DNA from: Pyrolobus fumarii 1A | GTDB lineage: Archaea > Thermoproteota > Thermoprotei_A > Sulfolobales > Pyrodictiaceae | Assembly (NCBI RefSeq): GCF_000223395.1 | Contig: NC_015931.1 | Location: forward strand, 240,001-272,000 | Reading direction: 5' to 3' | Length of the DNA: 32,000 nt | In this document: positions 1 to 7,690 of the stretch, in pieces | How the letters are laid out: each line of letters starts with the position of its first letter | How positions within the stretch are numbered: the first letter of the stretch is position 1 | The notes under the pieces: generated by a model | Databases searched by the model: none | What the model was told of the DNA's origin: nothing | Seen by the model: the letters and a program-made list of their open reading frames with translations, nothing else | Made by a program: the position numbers and the translations under genes

Positions 1-2
1 AT

Positions 3-740
3 AGCAAGACTGGCGGTTTCACGCCGCTCGAGGGTGTGGCAAAGGTTATCGATAGTAAAGGTAATGTGGTTGTCGAGTTCCGTCCCGAGGAGTACACCAA
101 GGTTATCGACGAGAAGGTGTTCGACTACACGTATGTCAAGATGCCGGTGTTGAGGAGCAAGGGTTACCCCCAGGGTGGTATGCGTACCGGCCCTCTGGCA
201 AGAGTAAACATCGTCAAGAGCTATGGTGTTGAAGAGGCTGATGAACTACGTGACAAGCTGTTCGAGGAATGGGGCAGACCAGCGACGCACCCACTACTGT
301 ACCACTATGCGCGCGTCGTAGAGACAATAGCTGTCTACGAGTTGATACAACGTGCTCTAGATGAGTGGGACTTCTGGAGCACGCCGTTACGGAATTACAC
401 TGACAGTGTGCGCGGAGAGGGTGTTGCGATGATAGAAGCGCCTAGAGGCACGTTGATACATCATTATAGAGCGAGAGAAGATGGTGCAACTGAGTACGTG
501 AACGTCATTACGCCAACGACATTTAACGCTGTTGCAATGGAGAACGATTTGACCAAGTTCTTCCAGGGCAAAAATGTTGCCAAGATGAGTGATCGCGAGA
601 TATATGCACATGCTGTGGCGATAGTGAGGCCTTACGACCCGTGTATGGCTTGTGCAACGCACACAGTAGCTGAGCACCAGCTTGGCAAGATCTTAATAGT
701 TGATAAAAACTTGAATGTAGTGAGGGAGGTGAAACCGTGA
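3..740 (+). CDS. [NiFe]-hydrogenase large subunit, C-terminal part (5' end lies outside the window)
   Basis: The frame is open from nt 3, with no stop upstream of the listed Met at 36. It contains the conserved 'EAPRGTLIHH' and the C-terminal Ni-binding motif 'DPCMACATH'. A 25-aa tail follows, the type removed by the maturation endopeptidase. Confidence 0.85.
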   Translation, partial: SKTGGFTPLEGVAKVIDSKGNVVVEFRPEEYTKVIDEKVFDYTYVKMPVLRSKGYPQGGMRTGPLARVNIVKSYGVEEADELRDKLFEEWGRPATHPLLYHYARVVETIAVYELIQRALDEWDFWSTPLRNYTDSVRGEGVAMIEAPRGTLIHHYRAREDGATEYVNVITPTTFNAVAMENDLTKFFQGKNVAKMSDREIYAHAVAIVRPYDPCMACATHTVAEHQLGKILIVDKNLNVVREVKP

Positions 741-1057
741 TGGCTGAGGATATACTTGCACATGTAGAGAAAGTGCAAGAAGAAGTAGAAGTGGCAACCA
801 AACCTAAAGCTATAATCATCGACAAGAACGTATGCATGAAGTGTTACAACTGTGTCAGATCGTGCACCGTATTCAACAGCGTCTATGAAATCGGCGAAGA
901 CGGTTATCCCTACGCAGCCCGCCTCGACGACTGTATAATGTGCCTAATGTGCCACTTTGTCTGTCCAACTCGTGCGATAACGCACGTGGGCATCCGAACA
1001 GTGACCATACTAGTGCTTGACAAGGATATCGCGCAAAAGATGACAAAGATAATGTAA
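740..1057 (+). CDS. 2x[4Fe-4S] ferredoxin-type protein, translationally coupled to the hydrogenase gene
   Basis: Two cluster motifs are present: CMKCYNCVRSC (CxxCxxCxxxC) and CIMCLMCHFVCP (CxxCxxCxxxCP). The ATG at 740 shares its A with the hydrogenase TGA (738-740), and a GTG at 737 is an alternative start. A perfect SD, GGAGGUGA, lies at 725-732. Confidence 0.85.
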   Translation: MAEDILAHVEKVQEEVEVATKPKAIIIDKNVCMKCYNCVRSCTVFNSVYEIGEDGYPYAARLDDCIMCLMCHFVCPTRAITHVGIRTVTILVLDKDIAQKMTKIM

Positions 1058-1080
1058 ATACAAGACAATTTTATAGATCA

Positions 1081-1115
1081 GCGCGAGGCCCTCCGCGCGC
1101 CCGCCCCTCCTTTTG
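1081..1115 (+). terminator. Possible terminator: GC hairpin followed by a U-run
   Basis: GCGCG (1081-1085) pairs with CGCGC (1094-1098). The tract CCUCCUUUUGU follows, with TTTT at 1111-1114, 24 nt after the ferredoxin stop. Archaeal termination uses oligo-T. Confidence 0.3.
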
Positions 1116-1295
1116 TAAACGTGTACTCGCTGTGTTCGCGTATCGTCTATCATAGCTATGTAGTTGAGATAGCTGGAGGGTCTGTGCCCTCAATGTAACT
1201 TTTTCATTGCGACGGATGTTCTCGCTTGAGGAGTTGATTATAGACACGGCATGAGTTTACACGAGCATCTTGAATATTGTAAGATTATGTTTTAG

Positions 1296-1533
1296 TGTGG
1301 ATGAGGGTCGGCGATGCGGGGCTTCACGCATCCCCCTTGCGGGGCTTGTTAGCCGGGTGTTCCGGGCTTCCTCCTCATCCCGCGGGAAGTGGTAGAAACC
1401 CCCGGCGGTTTCTCGGTAGCGCCGGCCCACCGGCATGCCCGGGGGGCTTTTGCCCCCCGGTGGACCGGGCAACCCCACGGTTCGTCCTCATTGAACGCCG
1501 CCGGGGGTCCATGGTGACGGGTGTGTCCCGGTC
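1296..1533 (+). ncRNA. Candidate stable structured RNA of unassigned family (GC spike); strand and ends approximate
   Basis: A hand count gives 160 G+C in 230 nt (1301-1530), against 26/60 in the flanking 1201-1260. Helices: 1299-1307/1372-1380; 1313-1318/1327-1332; 1333-1336/1341-1344; 1399-1408/1498-1507 (10 bp); a 9-bp hairpin at 1439-1460 with a UUUU loop; 1463-1469/1527-1533. The only ORF across it is P/G/R-rich low complexity. A U-run lies at the 3' end on the plus strand only. Confidence 0.45.
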
Positions 1534-1546
1534 TTTATTGTATAAG
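1533..1546 (+). promoter_or_regulatory. TATA-like element for a leaderless trmY transcript
   Basis: 'CTTTATTGTATAAG' lies here, and the TATAAG centre is about 25 nt upstream of the GTG at 1568. That is the archaeal TATA-to-TSS spacing. Confidence 0.3.
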
Positions 1547-1567
1547 CGTTTGTCTTCAGCTCGTGTT

Positions 1568-2122
1568 GTGTGGCTCGTCTTTTCGTCGGGCAGGGCGTGG
1601 TATCGTGGCGGGATACGTGGTTGGGCTGGCTCTAGTGGGCGGCTTGATGTTGTTGCTAGGGTGATGCTGGCGGCGTGTTACCCAGGGTGTGATGCGCAAG
1701 GAGGGTGCCTGTTTGCCGCCTCGCTGCAAGGCCCCGCATTGTTCGTGCACGAGGCTGGTGGCAGGATGTGTAGAGAGTATGAGGCCGGCGAGGAGATACT
1801 ACGTGGCTTGCAGGGAGTGTCGCGTTTAAGTATGGTATACCCGGGCTTATCAGGTGTAGAGTTGTTGAGTTTGGCTAAGAGTCTAGGCTACCGGGTTCTT
1901 CTCCTAAGTGAGAGGTGTCCTGTGTCCTGGAGAGTATCGCTCAATAGGCGTGTTGTCGTGCTCGGAGCAGATATTGACCCGCCGTCTGCAGTCCATAGTC
2001 TCGCGGACGAGTGTATCAGCGTAGGGCCTATTAGCTACCTAGCAAGTAGTGTGGCTGCACTGCTTAACGTTCTCTCGCAGATCGATCCACCTAGTGAAGG
2101 GCCTGGTATTGGTGAGGCGTAA
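1568..2122 (+). CDS. trmY: tRNA (pseudouridine54-N1)-methyltransferase, SPOUT family (TrmY/DUF358-like)
   Basis: 'AGSSGRLDVVARVMLAAC' near the N-terminus and 'VVVLGADIDPP...ISVGPISYLASSVAALLNVL' near the C-terminus match the TrmY pattern as I remember it. The GTG at 1568 gives the canonical N-terminal spacing. In-frame ATG 1511 is an alternative but would run into the structured RNA. Confidence 0.75.
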   Translation: MWLVFSSGRAWYRGGIRGWAGSSGRLDVVARVMLAACYPGCDAQGGCLFAASLQGPALFVHEAGGRMCREYEAGEEILRGLQGVSRLSMVYPGLSGVELLSLAKSLGYRVLLLSERCPVSWRVSLNRRVVVLGADIDPPSAVHSLADECISVGPISYLASSVAALLNVLSQIDPPSEGPGIGEA

Positions 2123-2920
2123 CAGTATGGCCCTCAACCCTATCTTCTCGAGGCATTCGATAGTATTGTGTGGCTCGTCCACTATGATTACCAGCGAGCC
2201 CTTCTTATACACGACGAGATGGGCCCTCGATGAACATTCTGCTATTGCACGTCTAGCCGCCTCGGGGGGCGGGGTTGCACGCATTGTAAACTCTCTTGCA
2301 GCCCTCGCCAAGCTCTCAAGGCTGGGCTCTCTCCTCACGGCTTCGTACGCATGTATAGCATCGTCTTGTGTTACCCTGCTCCACATCTCGCGTAGTAGAA
2401 CCCGGGTATCCACGCTTCTAACTGGTACGGCAACGGCCCACAGCTCCTCAACCGGGTGTGCTTCTGCACGGCCACCTACACCAGGCGCACCAGGCTCTAC
2501 ACGTACCTCTAGACCCCATGCCGTGTACAACGCTGTCACATCTCCTAGGCCTGTACCCTCTAGAACCTCAGCTACATGCGCCTCGTCAGCAGCGCGGATG
2601 CTACTAATAGCTCTTAGGCCAGCGTATGCCAGGCATGCAGCTAGCGTGACTGCGCCGCTTACAGCTAGGCCATAGCCAGGCGGGTATGGAGTCTCAACGC
2701 GAATGAATTCATTATTCCATCCTAGTGAGCGGAGGCATCTCAGCGCAGGTGGTATCTTGGGACCGTGGTAACCCCCAGGAGCGTTGCAGGCTAATGCGCG
2801 TACTGGAGGCTCTAGCATGAGGCCGGCTCCTAGGCTGCCATCGTGAAGTGGATCGCCTCTTACCACTGGCACCCAGACTATACTGAGGTGTAAAGGTACT
2901 CGTGCCTCGACGCACTTCAT
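2039..2920 (-). CDS. GHMP-family kinase, probable pantoate kinase (archaeal CoA pathway)
   Basis: The GHMP phosphate-binding motif appears as 'PPGYGLAVSGAVTLAACLA'. There is a 4-nt overlap with upstream coaBC (2917-2920). The assignment to pantoate kinase rather than another GHMP kinase is from context. Confidence 0.65.
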   Translation of the reverse strand: MKCVEARVPLHLSIVWVPVVRGDPLHDGSLGAGLMLEPPVRALACNAPGGYHGPKIPPALRCLRSLGWNNEFIRVETPYPPGYGLAVSGAVTLAACLAYAGLRAISSIRAADEAHVAEVLEGTGLGDVTALYTAWGLEVRVEPGAPGVGGRAEAHPVEELWAVAVPVRSVDTRVLLREMWSRVTQDDAIHAYEAVRREPSLESLARAAREFTMRATPPPEAARRAIAECSSRAHLVVYKKGSLVIIVDEPHNTIECLEKIGLRAILLRLTNTRPFTRWIDLRENVKQCSHTTC

Positions 2921-4143
2921 CTCTTTCTCCTCGCGCGTAGCGCGGCCAAAGCTATATCGAGAAGACGCCTTGCTACGAGCCTCTTAGGAGCCTCCGGGAT
3001 ATACTCCACAAGCCCCCATCTAGTCACCACTACAACCTCATTAGTGGCCGAGGCGAAAGCGCGCCCGGCAGCATTGGCAACAACAATATCGAAACCGTGT
3101 TTCTCAAGCTTCTTCTTAGCCTCTTCCTTCAGGCCTTCCGGATCCGATACAGGTGCGGCAGTAAACCCGATGTGGAGAGCTTGTGGCGCCGCATCGCGGA
3201 CGGCAAGGCTAACCTTAGGATTCTCAATAAGCCTTAGTACCAGTCCATTCTCGCTAGCCTCCTCGCTGCGTATCTTGCCTTCTCTCTTCTCAGCTGGACG
3301 GAAGTCCACCGGTGCAGCTACGTGGAAGACTATGTGAGGGAGGAGAGTCCTAGCCTCTCTTGCCGCTACCTGTGCCATCTCTTCTGCAGTCTCAACACGG
3401 ATGCTCAGAGCCCTCCTGGGAGGCTCTAGACAAGTAGGACCATGCACTACGGTAACCTGTGCCCCCCTATCTACCGCCTCGCCAGCAACACTATACCCCA
3501 TCAATCCCGTGGAGGGGTTCGAAATGAAGCGTATGTCGTCAATCCACTCTCTAGTAGGCCCCGCGGTCACGAGTACACGGAGCCCGGCATAATCCCTACC
3601 CCTAGCAATTACAGTATCTACCCAGTATACCACCTCGTCGACCGGAGGATGCTTAGCCCTACTCTCGGCCAGGAGAGGCTCCAGAACATAGACCCCAAGA
3701 TCCTCCAGTTGATCAATGATATCGTTAGTTGCTCTGCTCCACAGTTGACCGTGCATAGCCGGTACCATGAGAACCGGCTTGCCAGCGCCAATGAACGCCT
3801 GGGCTAGCAGCGAGGCTTCCGTGTCACCCAGGCCGGCTGCAACCTTGGCCATGGTATCAAGGGTAGCCGGGTCTATGAGAAGCGCGTCACACTCCTCAGA
3901 GAGTGTTATGTGATCGCGGCGTACAGAGCCCCATAGAGTGTAGACGCTTTCGCCGGTAGCCCACTCGAGGAGCTTGGGAGTTACGAACTCGGCGCCAGCC
4001 TTGGTTATGGCGGGTACCACGCGTGCACCCAGACGTCGTAATCCCCGTGCAACATCAATAGCGCGGTAAGCAGCTACACTTCCCGTGAATACCTGGAGTA
4101 TGCAACGACCAGTGACGCCCCACGAAACGCCCATCAGCGTCAC
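2917..4143 (-). CDS. coaBC: Bifunctional phosphopantothenoylcysteine decarboxylase / phosphopantothenate-cysteine ligase
   Basis: The N-terminal flavoprotein domain reads 'ILQVFTGSVAAYRAIDVARGL'. The C-terminal DFP domain carries 'RFISNPSTGLMGYSVA' (ISNxSSGxMG-type motif). The length of 408 aa is typical. Confidence 0.9.
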   Translation of the reverse strand: MTLMGVSWGVTGRCILQVFTGSVAAYRAIDVARGLRRLGARVVPAITKAGAEFVTPKLLEWATGESVYTLWGSVRRDHITLSEECDALLIDPATLDTMAKVAAGLGDTEASLLAQAFIGAGKPVLMVPAMHGQLWSRATNDIIDQLEDLGVYVLEPLLAESRAKHPPVDEVVYWVDTVIARGRDYAGLRVLVTAGPTREWIDDIRFISNPSTGLMGYSVAGEAVDRGAQVTVVHGPTCLEPPRRALSIRVETAEEMAQVAAREARTLLPHIVFHVAAPVDFRPAEKREGKIRSEEASENGLVLRLIENPKVSLAVRDAAPQALHIGFTAAPVSDPEGLKEEAKKKLEKHGFDIVVANAAGRAFASATNEVVVVTRWGLVEYIPEAPKRLVARRLLDIALAALRARRKR

Positions 4144-4173
4144 CGGCCCACGCTAACCAAGCGCCACCACCAG

Positions 4174-4647
4174 TTAAACACCGGGTTGCTCCTCGCCACC
4201 CCACACGCCTCTGCATTCCAGAGCGCTGCTGTGCACCTCTATACGCCTAGGGCTGCCCTCCAAGCCGACAACCACAGTAACGTTAACATCGATACCGAGT
4301 CCAGTGTCAAGAACGAGTCTTATAGTCCTGCTACCGGCGCAACCATTGCCGACATCCTTCAAAATCCAGTCTCCTAGCACGACAGCCACGAGCCTTTGTG
4401 ATACGAGGCTACGATGAAGTACTGCTCCGCAAGTCCTGGCTAGCAGCTCGGCAACACGCTCGACAAACCCCTTCAACGCGTTACCCTCGTAACGTGCATC
4501 CGGAGCATATAGGCCAAGAGCGCGGCTCCATACTACACGTGCCCACGACGGGGCAAGCCTCCCAGCACGCTCAAGTGCCTGTCTACACGCCTCCGACACG
4601 GAGCAGCACCTCGGTCCGTGTAGTGGCATGCAGCGGTAGATACGCAA
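4174..4647 (-). CDS. Hypothetical protein, first gene of the coaBC/pantoate-kinase string
   Basis: It is the longest ORF in the interval, co-oriented with coaBC and 30 nt upstream of it. The start is TTG at 4647, or ATG at 4629. 'CTTTTATTGC' on the minus strand just upstream is TATA-like. I recognise no motif. Confidence 0.4.
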   Translation of the reverse strand: MRIYRCMPLHGPRCCSVSEACRQALERAGRLAPSWARVVWSRALGLYAPDARYEGNALKGFVERVAELLARTCGAVLHRSLVSQRLVAVVLGDWILKDVGNGCAGSRTIRLVLDTGLGIDVNVTVVVGLEGSPRRIEVHSSALECRGVWGGEEQPGV

Positions 4648-4750
4648 AACCCTAAAAGCAATAAAAGCAATGTACGGATAAAGTGCATTGTAGCAAGACG
4701 GCCTTCAGTCAATGTGGATGATGGTGGAGCTGGTTGATGTTTGTGAAAAG

Positions 4751-5443
4751 CTACCCTCGTATTAGCCACGGCGCCTCTAACACATAGACACTGGGTTCGC
4801 TCGGAAGCTCATCTCTAGACACGCTAAACTCGTTGTTCTCGAGCCTCACAACTCTCCTACGTTTGCGTACCACAGACAAGAACTCATCTAGAGGGTCTAG
4901 AGGTAGGAAGTAGCCGCGAAGCCAGTAATGGATGGGTACCCCAACTTTAGCCTCGAGCATGTCGAGGACCTCTGCAGCTTCGCGCGGGTGCATAGTATAC
5001 ACTCCGCCCGCAGGAACAAACACGATATCAGCACGAAGCTGCTTAGCCTCTTCTTCGCCAGGTACAATGCCAGCATCGCCTAGATGAGTGAAAGTGATGC
5101 CGTCAACCTCTATCCTATAGGCTACCACGAAACCCCTGTAACGCCCGCCAAACTCGTCGTGGGGTAGCTTTACACCCTTAACTCGGAATGGGCCTAGGCT
5201 AAACTCGCCAGTACGCTCGACTACTACCTCTCGAGTAGAGTCGCCTTTAACAACATCAACTGCGTTGTGATCAAAGTGTCTGTGGGTAACAAGGATGTAG
5301 TGTGGATTTGGTTTAGGAGGCTTGACGCCTACGCCTATACTAGCCCCGTCGTGCGGGTCTATCATGAGGCGTGTATCGTCATAGACTAGCTCTATACACG
5401 CGTGACCCCACCATCGTACAATCACAGCCAACTTCCACACCAC
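4751..5443 (-). CDS. Metallo-beta-lactamase-fold hydrolase (UPF0173-like)
   Basis: 'VTHRHFDHN' is the HxHxDH zinc motif, and 'WWGHACIEL' lies at the N-terminus. The start is GTG. Confidence 0.8.
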   Translation of the reverse strand: MVWKLAVIVRWWGHACIELVYDDTRLMIDPHDGASIGVGVKPPKPNPHYILVTHRHFDHNAVDVVKGDSTREVVVERTGEFSLGPFRVKGVKLPHDEFGGRYRGFVVAYRIEVDGITFTHLGDAGIVPGEEEAKQLRADIVFVPAGGVYTMHPREAAEVLDMLEAKVGVPIHYWLRGYFLPLDPLDEFLSVVRKRRRVVRLENNEFSVSRDELPSEPSVYVLEAPWLIRG

Positions 5444-5644
5444 GCTATGATACCCTGGAAAGCCCGGCTAACAACCCGGCTCTCCCCATGGACGGGTGCC
5501 GGGGCGGCGGCAAGGAAATCGAGGAAAATAGTCTAGACGAGCAGACTCTAAGTCGGACGTTTCTAGACGATGGTGTGCTCGTGGCGTGCAATAGACAGCT
5601 GGAATTGTGGCGTGTAGATGATGCGTGTGTAGGTGCGGCGGACT

Positions 5645-6829
5645 CTAGTCGACATAAGCTTGGAGGCGTATTGTGGGTGCTAGCTCGACTTGAGGATGGC
5701 CCTTCTCGGTCGTGAACCTAGTCCATAGTTGCCTGCCCAACGCGTCTATGGTCATTAATTCCTTGCCGAGGCGTAGACGAATACGGTTGAGCCGAATAGC
5801 GCTTACTATCTCGCCATGGTCGACGAGCCATGCTAGTTCGGGTATAATAGTCACTACGTTGTTGTCGAGAAAGGCGCTGTGAACCGTCTCTACAAGAACA
5901 CCCCTTCTAGTCTCCTCGATAATCTCCTGCTCTCTCCAATCACCAGTGCTAAGGACGAGAACGGCGTGCAACGCTTTCGGTGGATGAAAGAGACCACGGG
6001 CTGATCCAGGCTTGCCGGATGCACTCCACCTTGTACCAAGATGCTCTTTAACAACGCCCATGTGCACAAGCGTCCTCGAAGCTGCGACAACCGCTTCATC
6101 GTCGAAAGGATGGTTATACGGTGCTAGCGTATTGTAAGGCTCGTCTCGTAACGAAAAGGACTCGGGAGCTATCTGGGCACCCGTGGGTAGTCTTGCACCC
6201 CAATCGCCTTCAAGAGCGTGTCCAATCTCGTGTATCAAGGAGCCTGCGGCGCTGCCCGCTAGTATCACGCTCCACCTGCCAGCATCCATAGGCGAGATGC
6301 TTTTGAGGCTCTTGGAGGCTAGTGTAGCCTTCTCACACATGCGCTCAACTATGTGTGGTAGCAGTCGTAGACTTTGAGCATCGGTGGTAGCTATACGGTC
6401 AGACACTGAAAGCCTACCATAAGCTATCGAGATTATCACGTCGATGTAACAGTGCGTATACTCGGCCGCACCATCTGCATGGTTAATCCTCTTCTCGAAG
6501 CATACTAGGCTAGCCACTATCTCAGTGGGGCATTTCGCGCTTCTCCCAGCCTCTTCGATAACAGCCTCCAGTTCAAGCGGGTCAAGCTGGATTTTTGCAC
6601 CCTCCACCCTCCCTGTGAAGAGAACCGCCTCTTTCAACTCGCCTTTGCCGCGGGGAGTAGGCTCCTTCAAAGGCTTAGAGTCACATCTCCACGAGCGTAT
6701 ACGCCATGCACCATCATACACTCTTACAGCTTCCCAACAATCCTCAGATACGTTAAGCTCGACGCTACCAAGCCTATACGCTGCTTCCGCGACGCGTGTA
6801 CGCAGATACACCCTGTCTCTATAGGCCAT
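5645..6829 (-). CDS. tldD: TldD/PmbA-family metalloprotease
   Basis: 'LIHEIGHALEGD' is an HExxxH motif in TldD-type context. I chose the internal ATG at 6829 (MAYRDRVYL...), because the 61-aa upstream extension to 7012 would overlap the divergent gene by more than 100 nt. Confidence 0.8.
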   Translation of the reverse strand: MAYRDRVYLRTRVAEAAYRLGSVELNVSEDCWEAVRVYDGAWRIRSWRCDSKPLKEPTPRGKGELKEAVLFTGRVEGAKIQLDPLELEAVIEEAGRSAKCPTEIVASLVCFEKRINHADGAAEYTHCYIDVIISIAYGRLSVSDRIATTDAQSLRLLPHIVERMCEKATLASKSLKSISPMDAGRWSVILAGSAAGSLIHEIGHALEGDWGARLPTGAQIAPESFSLRDEPYNTLAPYNHPFDDEAVVAASRTLVHMGVVKEHLGTRWSASGKPGSARGLFHPPKALHAVLVLSTGDWREQEIIEETRRGVLVETVHSAFLDNNVVTIIPELAWLVDHGEIVSAIRLNRIRLRLGKELMTIDALGRQLWTRFTTEKGHPQVELAPTIRLQAYVD

Positions 6830-6901
6830 GCTTCGGCCACTCAGATACGTATGGTAATGCCCCTTATTCGTAACACCCCTGGATACGAGGGCGCCCCACG
6901 G

Positions 6902-7633
6902 ATGACCGTGGATGAGAACGAGGTGCGCAAGTTTGTAGAATGGCTGCCAGAGATAAGCGAGGATGAAGCATACGTAGTGCAAGTTATGCTCAGACCGTGG
7001 AAGCCGAGCCACACTAACATACCGAAATCGGGTCTTCTACACCTGGAGGTTATCGAGGGTGGAGACGGGTTTAGAGAAAGACTGTTTGACGCCATTGTAC
7101 GTGCTGCACTGCTTGCAAGCAATGCTGGCACAGTGTTTAGAGTCGCGCATCATGGTAGAATGGTCCGCGTGCCTCCAGATGCTGTGGCTGTATACACCAG
7201 GGTAAATCCAAGCCTATTGATTAGAGCAGCTACGCGTTTATGCATCGAGCACATCGAGTACCTGCAATCCGCGGCCTATAGCGGCAAAGTAGAATATTCG
7301 GTGTTAACGCGCAGAATAGCCTCAGTCTTGGCTCGGGAAATACACACGCGTTTCCACATAATAGATGTGGATGATGATAGCATAGTAGACAATGTCGTGG
7401 CAGCGGTCGAGGATATAGTAGGTTACGTGCCGCCAAGGATAAAGACTAGACGAGGCCTTCACATACTGGTTCCAGTGTCTAACTTGGATGCAAATAGAGC
7501 CAAGAAGTGGTTCCGTGAGGTTCTACCAATGTTAATGGAGAGGTATAGGGGGTTAATCGAGTATAAAAGAGAGGGTCTAGAGCCTACGCCAGGTACAGTC
7601 TACAAGGGCGTAGTCGTGAGGCTACTCCTATAG
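6902..7633 (+). CDS. Hypothetical protein with AEP (archaeo-eukaryotic primase)-like motifs
   Basis: The ORF is open from ATG 6851, and ATG 6902 is preferred because it leaves a 72-nt divergent promoter gap. Motifs: 'FHIIDVDDD' (DxD), 'KTRRGLHILVPV' (sGxGhH-like) and 'EPTPGTVYKG' (PG[ST]xxK-like). Confidence 0.65.
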   Translation: MTVDENEVRKFVEWLPEISEDEAYVVQVMLRPWKPSHTNIPKSGLLHLEVIEGGDGFRERLFDAIVRAALLASNAGTVFRVAHHGRMVRVPPDAVAVYTRVNPSLLIRAATRLCIEHIEYLQSAAYSGKVEYSVLTRRIASVLAREIHTRFHIIDVDDDSIVDNVVAAVEDIVGYVPPRIKTRRGLHILVPVSNLDANRAKKWFREVLPMLMERYRGLIEYKREGLEPTPGTVYKGVVVRLLL

Positions 7634-7690
7634 CTGGCATTATAACGTCCTACTTTGCATCCTCGTTTTGACCACGGTGGACTCGTAGTC

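Noticed and set aside
1296-1533. RNase P RNA as the identity of the structured block.
   Set aside because: There are look-alikes: minus-strand GAGGAGGAAGCCCGG resembles CR-I, and plus-strand GUAGAAACCCCCGGCGG resembles CR-V. They are on opposite strands or in the wrong order and spacing for a P4 helix. The block is also too short for a type A RNA with a specificity domain. I therefore do not call RNase P, although a covariance-model search should still be run.
1295-1567. The N-terminal 91 codons of the 275-aa ORF 1295..2122.
   Set aside because: The translation is P/G/R-rich and unlike TrmY. The conserved TrmY N-terminus aligns with the GTG at 1568, and the upstream part coincides with the GC-rich structured block.
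5463-5474. The 12-mer CCCGGCUAACAA, shared in inverted orientation with 1346-1357 inside the structured RNA candidate.
   Set aside because: A single 12-nt match between roughly 5 kb of two-stranded intergenic sequence is close to chance expectation. There is no extended similarity around it.
6830-7012. The upstream 61-codon extension of the TldD ORF (start at 7012).
   Set aside because: The extension is hydrophobic and His-rich with no TldD similarity. It would overlap the divergent gene by more than 100 nt. The ATG at 6829 gives the conserved N-terminus.
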